Positions 11,451 to 22,416 of a stretch of DNA of 23,531 bases are shown piece by piece. The stretch comes from Ginkgo biloba (Eukaryota; Plantae; Ginkgophyta): assembly GCA_024626585.2 (NCBI GenBank), contig JANKJI020000002.1:183898639-183922169 (forward strand). The letters are read 5' to 3'. The notes under the pieces were generated by a model, which did not search any database, was not told where the DNA came from, and saw nothing but the letters and a program-made list of their open reading frames with translations. The translations under genes were made by a program, and so were the position numbers. Position 1 is the first letter of the stretch. Each line of letters begins with the position of its first letter.

Positions 11451-12367
11451 TGCAACTTAGCCTCTAACTTTAATAATAAGTTGTACTTTTACAAAAATAG
11501 ACATTAAAGTATAACATTTACCACACTTACTATTTATGATGACTTATGAGACCCTTGATTTTGGTGATGTCCTCAACTATACGTAGCCAAAATCTTCTAT
11601 AACAACTTATATTTCAACAACTTTCTAATCTACATTAAGCAAATAGTATAGAAAGTATCAGGGGTGCTCTACCCTAGAGTGTTTGCTAATAAACAATGCA
11701 TCACGAGCAACTCATTTTGGATGTGAAAATAATAAGATACATGGTGCCTTCATGGAATAGAATGAAAATCATGCAATCAAGACTCTAAATAGATAGTTGG
11801 GAATTGTCGGTATAATGCTTTCATCATTATACCCATTATCCTCAACGAATGTGAAGGTCATAGTCTAGATAGATAGAAAATACTTAGTATATTAATTGAT
11901 GAATAAATGATTGATATGTTGTCTCCAATGATGCTATATATATATTTACAAGACGTGGAGGCGCGTTAAAAAATGCAACTTTTGATAACGATACATTCCT
12001 TTGCATCTCATAAACTCTTCATTACAATAACTAGTTCTTAATCGTTTGCTTGATCTTAACAATTGGATAAAAGAACTTAGATTGTTGTTTGGCCTAGACG
12101 ACTAGATTTAATTTCTTAGTCAGTTGCTTGGCCTTGACAATTAGTGAAATCTTTGTTGCGATTGATACTGTTGCAACCAACGACCAAAGTTGTTACAACT
12201 GATGATCAAAGTTGTTATAATCGAAGACCAAATTGCCACAATTGATGTGGGTAAAACCTTAAGTATACATCTTTTTGGTTGTGAACTTTGAGCATCCTTG
12301 GTCAAACCATGGATCAAAATTTTTATGCTTGAGAGCAAAATTTTCAAAACTGTTATTAGTTGTTGCA
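11451..12367 (-). mobile_element. Candidate 3' LTR of the minus-strand element
   Basis: On the - strand it begins TGCAAC directly after a purine tract. A matching TGCAAC on the + strand at 11451 could be the other end. TATA-like run near 11936-11946. No second LTR is available to confirm. Confidence 0.4.
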
Positions 12368-12380
12368 CTACCCCCTTAAA
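12368..12380 (-). other. Polypurine tract candidate
   Basis: Minus strand TTTAAGGGGGTAG immediately followed by TG. Confidence 0.55.
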
Positions 12381-12499
12381 AATTTTCCAAAAAGCACATT
12401 GAATAATGCCATTGCCATTAACGACGAGGCTTAATCCCAATATGCACATTGGACAGGTTGGAATGTCGACCTGCTTTAATAATCACATTAAGGTGTAGT

Positions 12500-15400
12500 T
12501 GGAACTCTAAAATTGTTGGTTGTCCACTTGGTGTCGACTTTGCAAGGAAGCCATTTTGCACATGGATTGAGTCTTCAAGTTTTTCCATTCCATCTGTGCA
12601 TTGTTCAAGTTGTGAATGACCTACAATTTGTCTTCAAGCTCCACTATCAATTTTGTTGCTTGCTTACAAGTCATCATTGCTTTTAATTGGTAATATTTAA
12701 ATCAAACATTTATTGATGATCACGATCAACGTGTAAAATCCATGCTCCTAATTTTGGAATTATGTTCTCCAATCCCTTTGAAATTTTCTTGTCAAAATGC
12801 GAGACAAACTGCTCACAAGTATCAACGGATGGGTCCACGTCTTCCAACCAAACATCTAGAAATCATGAAACGAACCTTACTTATTCTTTGGCTTTAGTTG
12901 CTTGAGCTCGAGCCTATAATGTTTCTAGAGTGATTCCTCTGTCAAGATCCTTACTTTTCGAAATCAAATCTTGCACCGATATTTGAATCATGTTGGCAAT
13001 GAAGTTACGCTTTCAAGCTCTATGATTCAACAATTTGCACTTTGATTCTCTAGTCCCTCTTCAAACATCGTGATGTGATCTTCCCATTTAAGTGCAATGG
13101 GTCTTTTAGGGACAAATTCAACCCATTTACATTTATGCAGACAAAGAGTGGAAGAACTTTGGCCTAAATTAGGAGAAGTTGGTGTGNNNNNNNNNNNNNN
13201 NNNNNNNNNNNNNNNNNNNNNNNNNNNNNNNNNNNNNNNNNNNNNNNNNNNNNNNNNNNNNNNNNNNNNNNNNNNNNNNNNNNNNNAGAAGCTAAATGTG
13301 AATGTGTAGAGGGAGTGGCTATCAAAATTGTAGGCTCTCTAGTAGTAGCTTCCATTTCCATCGACTAGGATGGCCCATCATTTTCACCAAGGAGCTTTGC
13401 TAGTTCCTTCTCCAACCTTGCAACCTTCTTTAACATGATGTTTGTTGCCTAAACTATCGTGGTATTGTGTCGTTGTTCTTCAACCAATTTATACTTTAGT
13501 CCTACAATATGCCGTTGGAACTCTTTCTCTATTGTAGCATTGTGCCAGATGGCATGCTTACTTAATTTTTCTTGGTGTTTCTTTTGCCATTCTTGCTTTG
13601 CTGCTCCTCATATTCTTTTTGCCATTGTGATGTTGCTTCTACAAACTCTTTTTCATGCCTCTCTTGACAAGCTTGCAATTCTGTCTTCACTTGCTCTGGT
13701 TGGAGTGTGCTCTGTGCAGTCTTCTTTTGTTCTTCCTCCAATTTGCTTCAAAGGACTTCCATTTCCTCTATGAGTTCTTTAGTATGCTGTGCTTTTGTAA
13801 CCTTGTGTATGTATTGAATATTTCCCTCCTATGATACCTATCGGAGTTTCTGCACTAAGGGCCTTGTGTATAAGTCTACCTTCTTTAGTGTGGCCGACTG
13901 TGTATCCTCCCAAATTTACTCGTCTCACATAGGAGGCTCGCTCCCTTGGATCCTCCTCAACTTTATCCAACATTTGCTCCCGTCACTCTGGTTGGCACAT
14001 ATTAAATGTTGCTCTAAATTTGGAAGTGAGCAATCAAGCTCTGAATTCCCATGAGGGGATTTGCCTTAGTTTATTTGTGCCTTGCAATGCCTGTCGGAGT
14101 CTTGTCATGGTTTGATTAATCAATCCATCGCCATAAGGGGGGGGTCACCCATCGGCTTGTTGCAATATGAGACTCAATAGTCAACCATATTTTGTCCCAC
14201 TAAAATCAAAAGTATGCACCTCACTACTATCCTCTTCTTCCTCTTCCTCCCCCTTTGGGATTTGCCTTGACCAGAGTTTTCATTGACAATGNNNNNNNNN
14301 NNNNNNNNNNNNNNNNNNNNNNNNNNNNNNNNNNNNNNNNNNNNNNNNNNNNNNNNNNNNNNNNNNNNNNNNNNNNNNNNNNNNNNNNNNNCTTTTTCAC
14401 GCCTCCCACAGCAAGCGTCCAATTTTGCCTTCACTTGCTCCAATTAAAGTGTGCTCTAGGTAATCTTATTTTGTTCTTCCTCTAATTCACTTTGAAGGAC
14501 TCCCAATTCCTCTTTAAGTTCTTCAGTATGCTATGCTTCTGCAACTTGCTCTATGTACTAACTATTGCCTTCTAAGGATACTTAGTGAAGTTTCTACACT
14601 AAAGGTCTCGTGTATAAATCTACCTCCTTTGGTGTGGCCAATTTAATGTATCCTCCCAAATTCACTCATCTCCCATAGGAGGCCCACCCCTCCAAGTCTT
14701 CCTGAACTTTGTCTAGCATATGCTCCCTCCGCTCCAGTTGGCATTTATTAAATTTTGCTCTAGTCTCACAACCAAGCAATCGAGCTCTGAACCTAAGAAT
14801 TTGCCTTCTTCTATTTGTGGAATCATTGTCGAAGTCCTGTCATGATTTGATTTATCAATCGATCGCCATACTGGGGTGGTCGCCCATCAATTGGCAGCAA
14901 TGTGAGACTCAATAATCGATCATATTCCTTCCCACAAAAATCTAAAGTATGCCCCTCCTTACTGTTGTCTACTTCGTCTTCCTTCCCCTTTGTGCTTTCC
15001 TCCTATCCTCCTAAATTCGTGCTCATGTCTAGATCATAGTTTTCTTTGATGACGGAGGGAACGGGGGTTTCCTCCTCTCCAAGAATAATCTCAATGTCTA
15101 GCTTGTGCATATTATCTAGAACTTCGTCCAACTTCTTTTACGAGTCTTCCTTCACAATGTTAGCGTTTAGGAAGGCTTCTGCTTCAACCTCGAGATCAAC
15201 TCCCACAAACGTATCCTCTTCTTCACATTGTTTGCCTGGTACAATGATGAGGTCTTCTTCCACTGCTCCACCTTTTATAGTGGCTTCCTAGGCTTTATCC
15301 TTTGCAACCTTCTCCGCAACTTGCTTTGGTGGACAAACTTCCTCCATTTTCTATGGTTGAGTGTGGTTGGGTGATAACTTCTTGCACTTCCCTCGATGCC

Positions 15401-16270
15401 TTCCGACTCCTCTTCACCTTGCATGGAATCTATTGTGCTGTCATTATCCTTGAACTCTTGCTCAAACATAGGCTTCTACCTATTTCTGTTTGGTTGCTCC
15501 ATTGCATGTTCTTGCCACCTTGTAATCGATGGGATCCCCAATTGAATGGGTTTTCAAATATCGTCCACTGCATCGTAATAGAATCCCATGAGATATAATG
15601 ATAGATTACAACTACAAGAGGCCTTGATATTCAATACTTGAAAGACTCTATGCGGTTTCTCTAACAAGAATCAACACCAATTATACCTTTGCCCTTGCAA
15701 GAGTCCCTCCAAGTATGGGGCCAACCATATCAGAAGATTGTCATAATATTTCTCTTCCACCAATTTGGAACACAGTAAGGTTACCACCATATGAAGGTCT
15801 TCTGTTCCCAAATTGGATACCCTCATTCCTCTATTTCCATGCCTTCTTTCTTCACAGTGATCCACCGTGCGTAGATACTAGATCCACTTCTTTTTCTGTT
15901 CTAATGCCACTCTTAGGTGAGAGATGTCACCCTCATTGGGAAGTGCCAATAGTCTTGCAAAATTAGGCAGCGTGTAGGAAATTTTCACCTCNNNNNNNNN
16001 NNNNNNNNNNNNNNNNNNNNNNNNNNNNNNNNNNNNNNNNTCTGGGACCTTGGTCAAGACTGGGATTGTGATACTTTGTGAGACTCCAACCTCCTCTAAT
16101 ATCTTCCGCATGTGGCTATCCTTCAGAAGATAAATCCAACACTCTTGGAGCTTTGGCGAATTGACCACATACCACGTGATTCGATTCTTGATGGGTGGTC
16201 CCCTAACTAGCATCCTGATGTTAATCTTGGGGCCCTTAGCTACATTCCTCTTCACTTGATAATCCCCTCA
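12500..16270 (-). pseudogene. Long decayed accessory ORF(s) in env-like position: hydrophobic/aromatic N-terminal part, then acidic and coiled-coil-like parts
   Basis: Purine-rich - strand with readable blocks: EVKISYTLPNFARLLALPNEG, WLAPYLEGLLQGQRYNWC*FLLEK...SLYLMGFYY, HTEELKEELGVLQSELEEEQNK, ATKLIVELEDKL*VIHNLNNAQMEWKNLK. No gag/pol motifs. Interrupted by three gaps. Confidence 0.6.
13648..14991. repeat. ~600-bp diverged direct duplication (13648-14256 and 14392-14991)
   Basis: Collinear shared anchors: CTTCACTTGCTC, TTTTGTTCTTCCTC, TGTATCCTCCCAAATT, CATAGGAGGC, ATCGCCATA, TGAGACTCAATA, AAAGTATGC. Confidence 0.92.
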
Positions 16271-16702
16271 TGCCACCTTCAACTTTATGGTTTCCCTGGC
16301 CATATTATGCAATTCCAAATTGTAGAAGGAATGAAATAAAAGATCTAATGAAAATTATTCAACTCAGAAAATTTACTCGGAGGTTTGGAAGTGGATGCTG
16401 CCAACTACGACAACCATTTGAATCACTCCGATGTCTTTTAATCCTCCAAAATCTCTCTCAAAATTATCATTGATCTCCTTACTTGCTAGGTTGCTTTGTG
16501 GTAAGAATGAGAAAAAGCCTCATGTCTTAAAGGGAAAAGGGAAAGTTAGTTGCTAACTTTTGGACTTTCCCCCCAAGTGCATGGCCACCACCTAGTTTCT
16601 TGNNNNNNNNNNNNNNNNNNNNNNNNNNNNNNNNNNNNNNNNNNNNNNNNNNNNNNNNNNNNNNNNNNNNNNNNNNNNNNNNNNNNNNNNNNNNNNNNNN
16701 NN

Positions 16703-18960
16703 TCCCATTTTTTTTGTTAGGAATTGGTAGTGGCATTAGCAACCCTATTGCTTGATCTCTTTCTGCGTTGTTGATGTGGCATTTCTTGCATGTTTGGACA
16801 TACTCCACTATTTCTTTTTTTATATTCTTCTAATAAACATCCTTCTTTGCCGCTTTATATCTTTTATTTTGAACAACATTACTTGCAAAATGACTATCAT
16901 GGAGCTAAAAAAGAATCTTATACTTCAATTGCACAATGTTAGGAACTATGACCCTTTGGGCATAGCATATGATGTCCTCTCTTTTATAATTTGGAGATTT
17001 TTTTCCTCCAATGCCTTTCTCATGTTTTCAAACCACTTTTCATGCGTTTGTGCTTCTTGGATCTTGCTTGCTAATGATCGTTGCACTGCCATGACATTGT
17101 TCACTTGTGGCATTCTCGAAAGAGTGTTTGCCACTACATTCTCTTTCCCTACTTTGTATGCCTATTCAATCCAAAACTCTTCAATTACAATTGCCCATTG
17201 GTATTATCTCGACCTGAAAGTAACGGTTTATGGTTTGTTACCAAGTTGAGTTCATTATTCATGAATGATGGCCATCAATTCTTCATCATAAATAGGATAT
17301 CTCCTTTTGACATCATTCATCATGTGGCTCTAGTAGGANNNNNNNNNNNNNNNNNNNNNNNNNNNNNCCTTGCATCAAGATTGCACCTATTTCCACTCCA
17401 CTAGCATCTACAAAGATAATGAGTATCTGGTAGCATTAGGTCTGGTGGTTCAATCAGTGTTTGTTTTAATACCTTAAAACTCGCTTGTTGGCTTTTTGTC
17501 CACACAAACCTTTTGGACTTTTTTACTAACTTAGTTGAAGGAGCTGCGATCTCAGAGAAATGTAGCATGAACCTTTGGTCAAAGCTTACTTTAGCAAGGA
17601 AAGTTCTTACTTCGTGCACGTTAATCAGTGTCCTCACTTCTCGAACAACCTTGATCTTCTTTGGGTCCACTAAGATGCCCTTAGCCGAAAAACTATGTGG
17701 CCCAATTGTTCTACCTCTTCCTGGTAGAAGTCACAATGGGATTGCTTGGCATATACCTTTTCTTTTTAAACAATGTCCGACACCATCCTTAAATGTTCTT
17801 GGTGCTTTTCTTTGCTTTTATTGAAAATCATAATATCATTAGAACCACTGTTACAAAATTTCGTAGATATGGCTCGAGGACATTGTTCATAAAGTCTCAT
17901 GAAGGTAGCAAGTGCATTCGTCAATTTGAATGGCATCACCAAACAATCATAGTGTCAATCTCTTGTCATAAAAGCCATCTTGTTTATATCGTTCTTAGTC
18001 ATATCGATTTGATGGGCCACTTCTTAAATCAATCTTTGAGACTCCCTTTAGTGCGTTTAACAAGTCATCAATCATTATGATGGTGACTTTTTTCAACGCT
18101 CAATATGAACATGCGCATGGACCCTTCCTCCTCCTTTACCCATAATACTGGTGCTCCATGTAAGCACTTAGGGGGTTGAATAAACCCTTGTTTCAAAAGC
18201 TCTTGGATTTGCTTTTCAATTTTTCTTTATTGGCATGGCTCCATTGATAGGGCAAACAATAAGCTGGCCTTGCTCCTCCTTCGAGTCTTTGGGCATCTAG
18301 TTTTCAATACCATCATTCCATACGAGGTCAAGTTCTCAGCCTTGGTTGTATCCCTTGTCGTTTAGAGAAGCATTGCTTCTAGCTCCACTTCTAGAATATT
18401 TTGTGCAAGATATAGTTCTTTGACACCATTGTCAAACCCATAATTTTTTATGGGTCTAAGGTTTGGGAACCGAGCCTAGGGCATACAGACTAGGCTCAAA
18501 TCAAGAGGGTTAAGACCATTATGTTGCACCACATCATATGTTATAAGCGTACCGTTCCACATAGCATTCTCCAGGCAGAGTTTGATGCACGCTCTCTTCT
18601 TCTTGAGATTTGTTCAGGCTTACTATTTATCTACTAAGGTTACGTTGCATGGTAAATATAACTTTAGGAAGGCAAATGTCCATTCTTGGCCCTTATCTCT
18701 TGTCGAGAGTATGCAACTTTGGATCAAATAGCTTGTAGACAATGCTATTACACTGAAGTTTCATCACTCCAATAGATTGTGGGTATCCTTATTGACCATC
18801 TTCCTCTTATAGAGTCTCCTTTGGATGCTTCTTTGAATCTCCTTCCTCTTAAAAGGAGATTAAGGAATCCATCCATGTTGACATATATTGAATCTACATC
18901 CAGACCACATAAATTTGTCCCCCTTAGCCCCTTATCCACAAGTTGTCATTACTTAGAGCA
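16703..18960 (-). pseudogene. Ty3/gypsy pol (decayed protease, RT, RNase H, integrase Zn finger), chromovirus-type motifs, disrupted
   Basis: IEKQIQELLKQGFIQP...GAPVLWVKEEEGSMRM; MNNVLEPYLRNFVTV; DPKKIKVV...FSEIAAPSTKLVKKSKRFVWTKSQQASFKVLKQTLIEPPDLMLPD; GKENVVANTLSR; EYVQTCKKCH...GLLMPLPIP. RT-RH-IN order is diagnostic of gypsy. Confidence 0.93.
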
Positions 18961-19199
18961 TTTTCTTCTTGTCAAAGATGGTGTTATTCTCCTTCTAGAT
19001 TNNNNNNNNNNNNNNNNNNNNNNNNNNNNNNNNNNNNNNNNNNNNNNNNNNNNNNNNNNNNNNNNNNNNNNNNNNNNNNNNNNNNNNNNNNNNNNNNNNN
19101 NNNNNNNNNNNNNNNNNNNNNNNNNNNNNNNNNNNNNNNNNNNNNNNNNNNNNNNNNNNNNNNNNNNNNNNNNNNNNNNNNNNNNNNNNNNNNNGAGTC

Positions 19200-19262
19200 G
19201 GGCCTACCCCTATAAACCCTAATTGCGGCCAAGCGCCCCTTCACTATTCGCAGATGGTAAAT
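19200..19262 (+). promoter_or_regulatory. Candidate Pol II core promoter (GGGCC, TATA, telo-box, Inr) followed by ATG and a possible donor site
   Basis: GGGCC 19200, TATAAA 19211, AAACCCTAA 19214-19222, TTCACT with the A at 19243 (32 nt from TATA), ATG|GTAAAT 19254-19262; CpG is retained locally. Confidence 0.45.
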
Positions 19263-19369
19263 CGAGTGGAATGGAACCTCGGTTCGGTGGGTATCAACCC
19301 AAAGCTGCGGTTGTTGCACCAAACCCCCGGGGGCTGCATGCTTTGTTCATTGAAGGTTGAGATAGAGGA

Positions 19370-19865
19370 ACATTTTATCGTTTGGTGACCAGTTTGTTAT
19401 GAGTTCAAAGGTGGATACCAACTTTTGAGGAGCTTTGCAGAGTTACTCTCCACCTTCTTAAGGTATGAGGATTAGAAATGCTTGACCTTATTCATCAAGG
19501 ATATAATCCTTCATAGACAACATTTATTGAGGACCAGACTAAAATTGGACATGCTTATTACCTGCTCCTTTAGCCTAATATCGGTCATACGGGTTGGAAA
19601 CATCACTCAACCTAGACAAATGCTAACAATGATTCGTTTAGATTTATCAAACATTGTCTATCATCCTAGGGTATCCGACCATGCAACTCTTCACAAAGGA
19701 GTGCGGGATCTAAACATCGTAGAGTTTGAGGATAGGGGCTTCGGCCAACTCTTAATTCTTAATGCAAATAACCATCAAACTCTTAATTCTTGCTTCTATA
19801 GTTATATGAGGGGGACTTTGGTCTTTGATGCTAGGAGAGACACATCTACTCTTCTTCAGCTACCA
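19370..19865 (-). pseudogene. Decayed gypsy RT-connection/RNase H fragment
   Basis: Minus strand reads SKTKVPLI*L*KQE...ELAEAPILKLYD, matching the K...F.W...QE.AF..LK..L..APIL.LPD pattern; remainder is highly degraded. Confidence 0.55.
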
Positions 19866-20703
19866 NNNNNNNNNNNNNNNNNNNNNNNAACAGAGATCCG
19901 TTGATGTTGCTGTCTGTTCTATTGATGATTTTGGGGGACTTTATTGTAGTTCATGCAGATAGTTGATGTTTTGGGGTTTCACTACAGGTGGACAACATTC
20001 ATTTCGTTGTTGTGTTTACTCCGTATGTTAGCCTCAGCTCTTAGGATTCTTACTTTTCACCTGGAGTTGCTTCAAGCACTCCCTTGATCTATTTTACTTG
20101 TTGTCTTTTACAGTCCCATTGACCATCTTGTGGTTATTGGCATATTTTCTTTCTTTCTTCTTTCTCAAGATACTCTGAATAGATAATGTGGTTGAGTTGT
20201 GGATTTTTTCAAAGATCCCAAATATGCTTCCAATTGAGTTAAAATTGCTTCTAGATTCATCATGGATGGAGAGTTAGATAAACTCAAAGCTATTGAATTC
20301 ATTATTGCACCTGGAGTGCATGGTCTCAATGAGGTAGACAGTCATATAAACAAACAGTAGAGAAGTTTCTATCTGCAAGAACTGAAGCATTGAGACATCT
20401 AAATTACATTTTTTAATGGGACCAGTTGCTATATCTTGCTTTTAATGCATTTATTGCCACAGCAAGGTTAGTGGTTGAACGATAAACCTTGACAATCTAG
20501 AAATTAGAAACTGATGCAAAAGGGCATTTCTCAATTTGAAAGATTATACATGCATCAGTCATGATATCAAGTCAGTCATTGGACAACAACATTCGGGGGC
20601 TGGCTGCTCTGCTTTTCTGTTCTTGGGCTTCTTCTGCCCTTATTTGGGATCTAGGATACTCTTCTTTTAACTTTGGCCCTCCATTAGTCTTAAGGTTTTC
20701 CTC

Positions 20704-20819
20704 TTGTCCATCTCTGGTGCTGAATGTAGTCTTTTCTAGATCTTCAAGGTGTATTTTGATTTGGTGATATCCACTCCTTAAATCCATCTTTGAAAAGATA
20801 GTTGCTCCTTTTATGGTGT
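20704..20819 (-). pseudogene. Ty3/gypsy reverse transcriptase fragment
   Basis: TIKGATIFSKMDLRSGYHQIKIHLEDLEKTTFSTRDGQ contains the canonical FSK.DLRSGYHQI motif. Confidence 0.95.
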
Positions 20820-21321
20820 NNNNNNNNNNNNNNNNNNNNNNNNNNNNNNNNNNNNNNNNNNNNNNNNNNNNNNNNNNNNNNNNNNNNNNNNNNNNNNNNN
20901 NNNNNNNNNNNNNNNNNNNNNNNNNNNNNNNNNNNNNNNNNNNNNNNNNNNNNNNNNNNNNNNNNNNNNNNNNNNNNNNNNNNNNNNNNNNNNNNNNNNN
21001 NNNNNNNNNNNNNNNNNNNNNNNNNNNNNNNNNNNNNNNTTTATAATATAATTTTGGTCCAATGTATTTGTGAAAGTAATGTTGATGGTCACTATGGATG
21101 AAACCTACTGAAATATTTCGTAATTTCTGAAGTAGAATTGTGGCTGCTAGTTGAGGCACACTTCTCACTCGGAGCTTTTTAACCTTCATTTTTTCTGATA
21201 CAAGTGCGCAATGTAATTAAAACAATACTGTTCTAGTGGTTACAGTTTTTGTTCTAGTGCTGGTGCTTAAACTGTAAAAAGGGTTTGGTTATATTTAACA
21301 AACTGGTTGTATCAAGTGCAG

Positions 21322-21408
21322 GAACTACCAAATATGGTTGCCATAAAGGATGCAGATTTCTCAAAAGTTGATGCTGTCTTTTGCTGTTTGCCGCATGGCA
21401 CAACACAG
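21322..21408 (+). CDS. argC: N-acetyl-gamma-glutamyl-phosphate reductase, internal exon A
   Basis: TGCAG|GAA...CAG|GT, 87 bp, ELPNMVAIKDADFSKVDAVFCCLPHGTTQ (plant NAGPR DAVFCCLPHG motif). Confidence 0.96.
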
Positions 21409-21593
21409 GTTTTTCATGGTTTGATTATAATGTTCTATGCAAATATAGGAAATATAAGACACAATGAAATCTCAATATATTCTTTGAATATCATTATTTC
21501 TCGAGTGTTATTAAAGTGATATGTATAGAAGTTCACCTTATTTTGTTCCTTGTTGAAGTATTTTGCATTGCATACTTGGTTTTCTATACGCAG

Positions 21594-21644
21594 GAAATAA
21601 TTGCATCCCTTCCAAGGACATTGAAGGTTGTAGATCTTTCAGCG
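21594..21644 (+). CDS. argC: N-acetyl-gamma-glutamyl-phosphate reductase, internal exon B
   Basis: CGCAG|GAA...GCG|GTATGT, 51 bp, EIIASLPRTLKVVDLSA; preceded by a 185-bp GT-AG intron (21409-21593). Confidence 0.96.
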
Positions 21645-21777
21645 GTATGTCTTGTCGCCGTTTTGAAGGAAATTTTCCTTGAATATATTATAGGAAGTCT
21701 TATGATCTTTTTCATGATTTCATATAACAAGGCTGGCATAAAGTACATTTGGAAATTAGTGACCAAAGTGTTTACAG

Positions 21778-21849
21778 GACTTTCGATTGCGTGACACCAG
21801 TGAATATGAAGAATGGTATAATCAGCCTCACAGAGCACCCGATTTACAG
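21778..21849 (+). CDS. argC: N-acetyl-gamma-glutamyl-phosphate reductase, internal exon C
   Basis: TACAG|GAC...CAG|GTACTT, 72 bp, DFRLRDTSEYEEWYNQPHRAPDLQ; splicing reconstitutes the ArgC DLSADFR motif; preceded by a 133-bp intron (21645-21777). Confidence 0.96.
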
Positions 21850-22416
21850 GTACTTTTGTGAGCTGGTTTGTTCTAATTATTGCCATTCCTTAGACATTAA
21901 TCTGTACAGGATGAATGTTTGAGTTGTTAGCTGTGTGCATTTATTGTCTGCTTTTGTTTCAAACATTGATGGTGTCAATATTTAGCATATGCTGGCTGAA
22001 TGTCTATGATTTGAATTTTTCTNNNNNNNNNNNNNNNNNNNNNNNNNNNNNNNNNNNNNNNNNNNCGTATTGAACACATAATAGATTATAGTAAAAGGCT
22101 TCAACTTGTGCTAGTCCCTGATCAAGGTATAAGCATAAGTCCACTAGACCAATTTATCAGTCATGTGCTTTTAAGAGATTTCAAAGTAAATCAGAGAAAA
22201 TATTACAAAATCAGCCTATGCCATAGTAATAAGGAAATGCCAGTGTCACAGTCCGGTCTTTCAACCCAACTGCTTAGGTAGTAAATCACAAATCAAGTAA
22301 TGAAATAGCAGCATAGNNNNNNNNNNNNNNNNNNNNNNNNNNNNNNNNNNNNNNNNNNNNNNNNNNNNNNNNNNNNNNNNNNNNNNNNNNNNNNNNNNNN
22401 NNNNNNNNNNNNNNNN

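Noticed and set aside
19205-19340. Telomerase RNA or snRNA gene (TAAACCCTAA as template)
   Set aside because: No visible USE element, no recognisable conserved domains and no Pol III terminator; a telo-box explains the motif more simply.
19482-19904. 140-aa plus-strand ORF
   Set aside because: Shadow of a decayed RNase H fragment on the minus strand.
20590-20605. tRNA-Pro-type PBS (TTCGGGGGCT after ...AACA)
   Set aside because: The match breaks down after about 7 nt and there is no supporting LTR.
21307-21794. ORFs 21307-21519 and 21516-21794 as standalone genes
   Set aside because: They are argC exons read through into introns.
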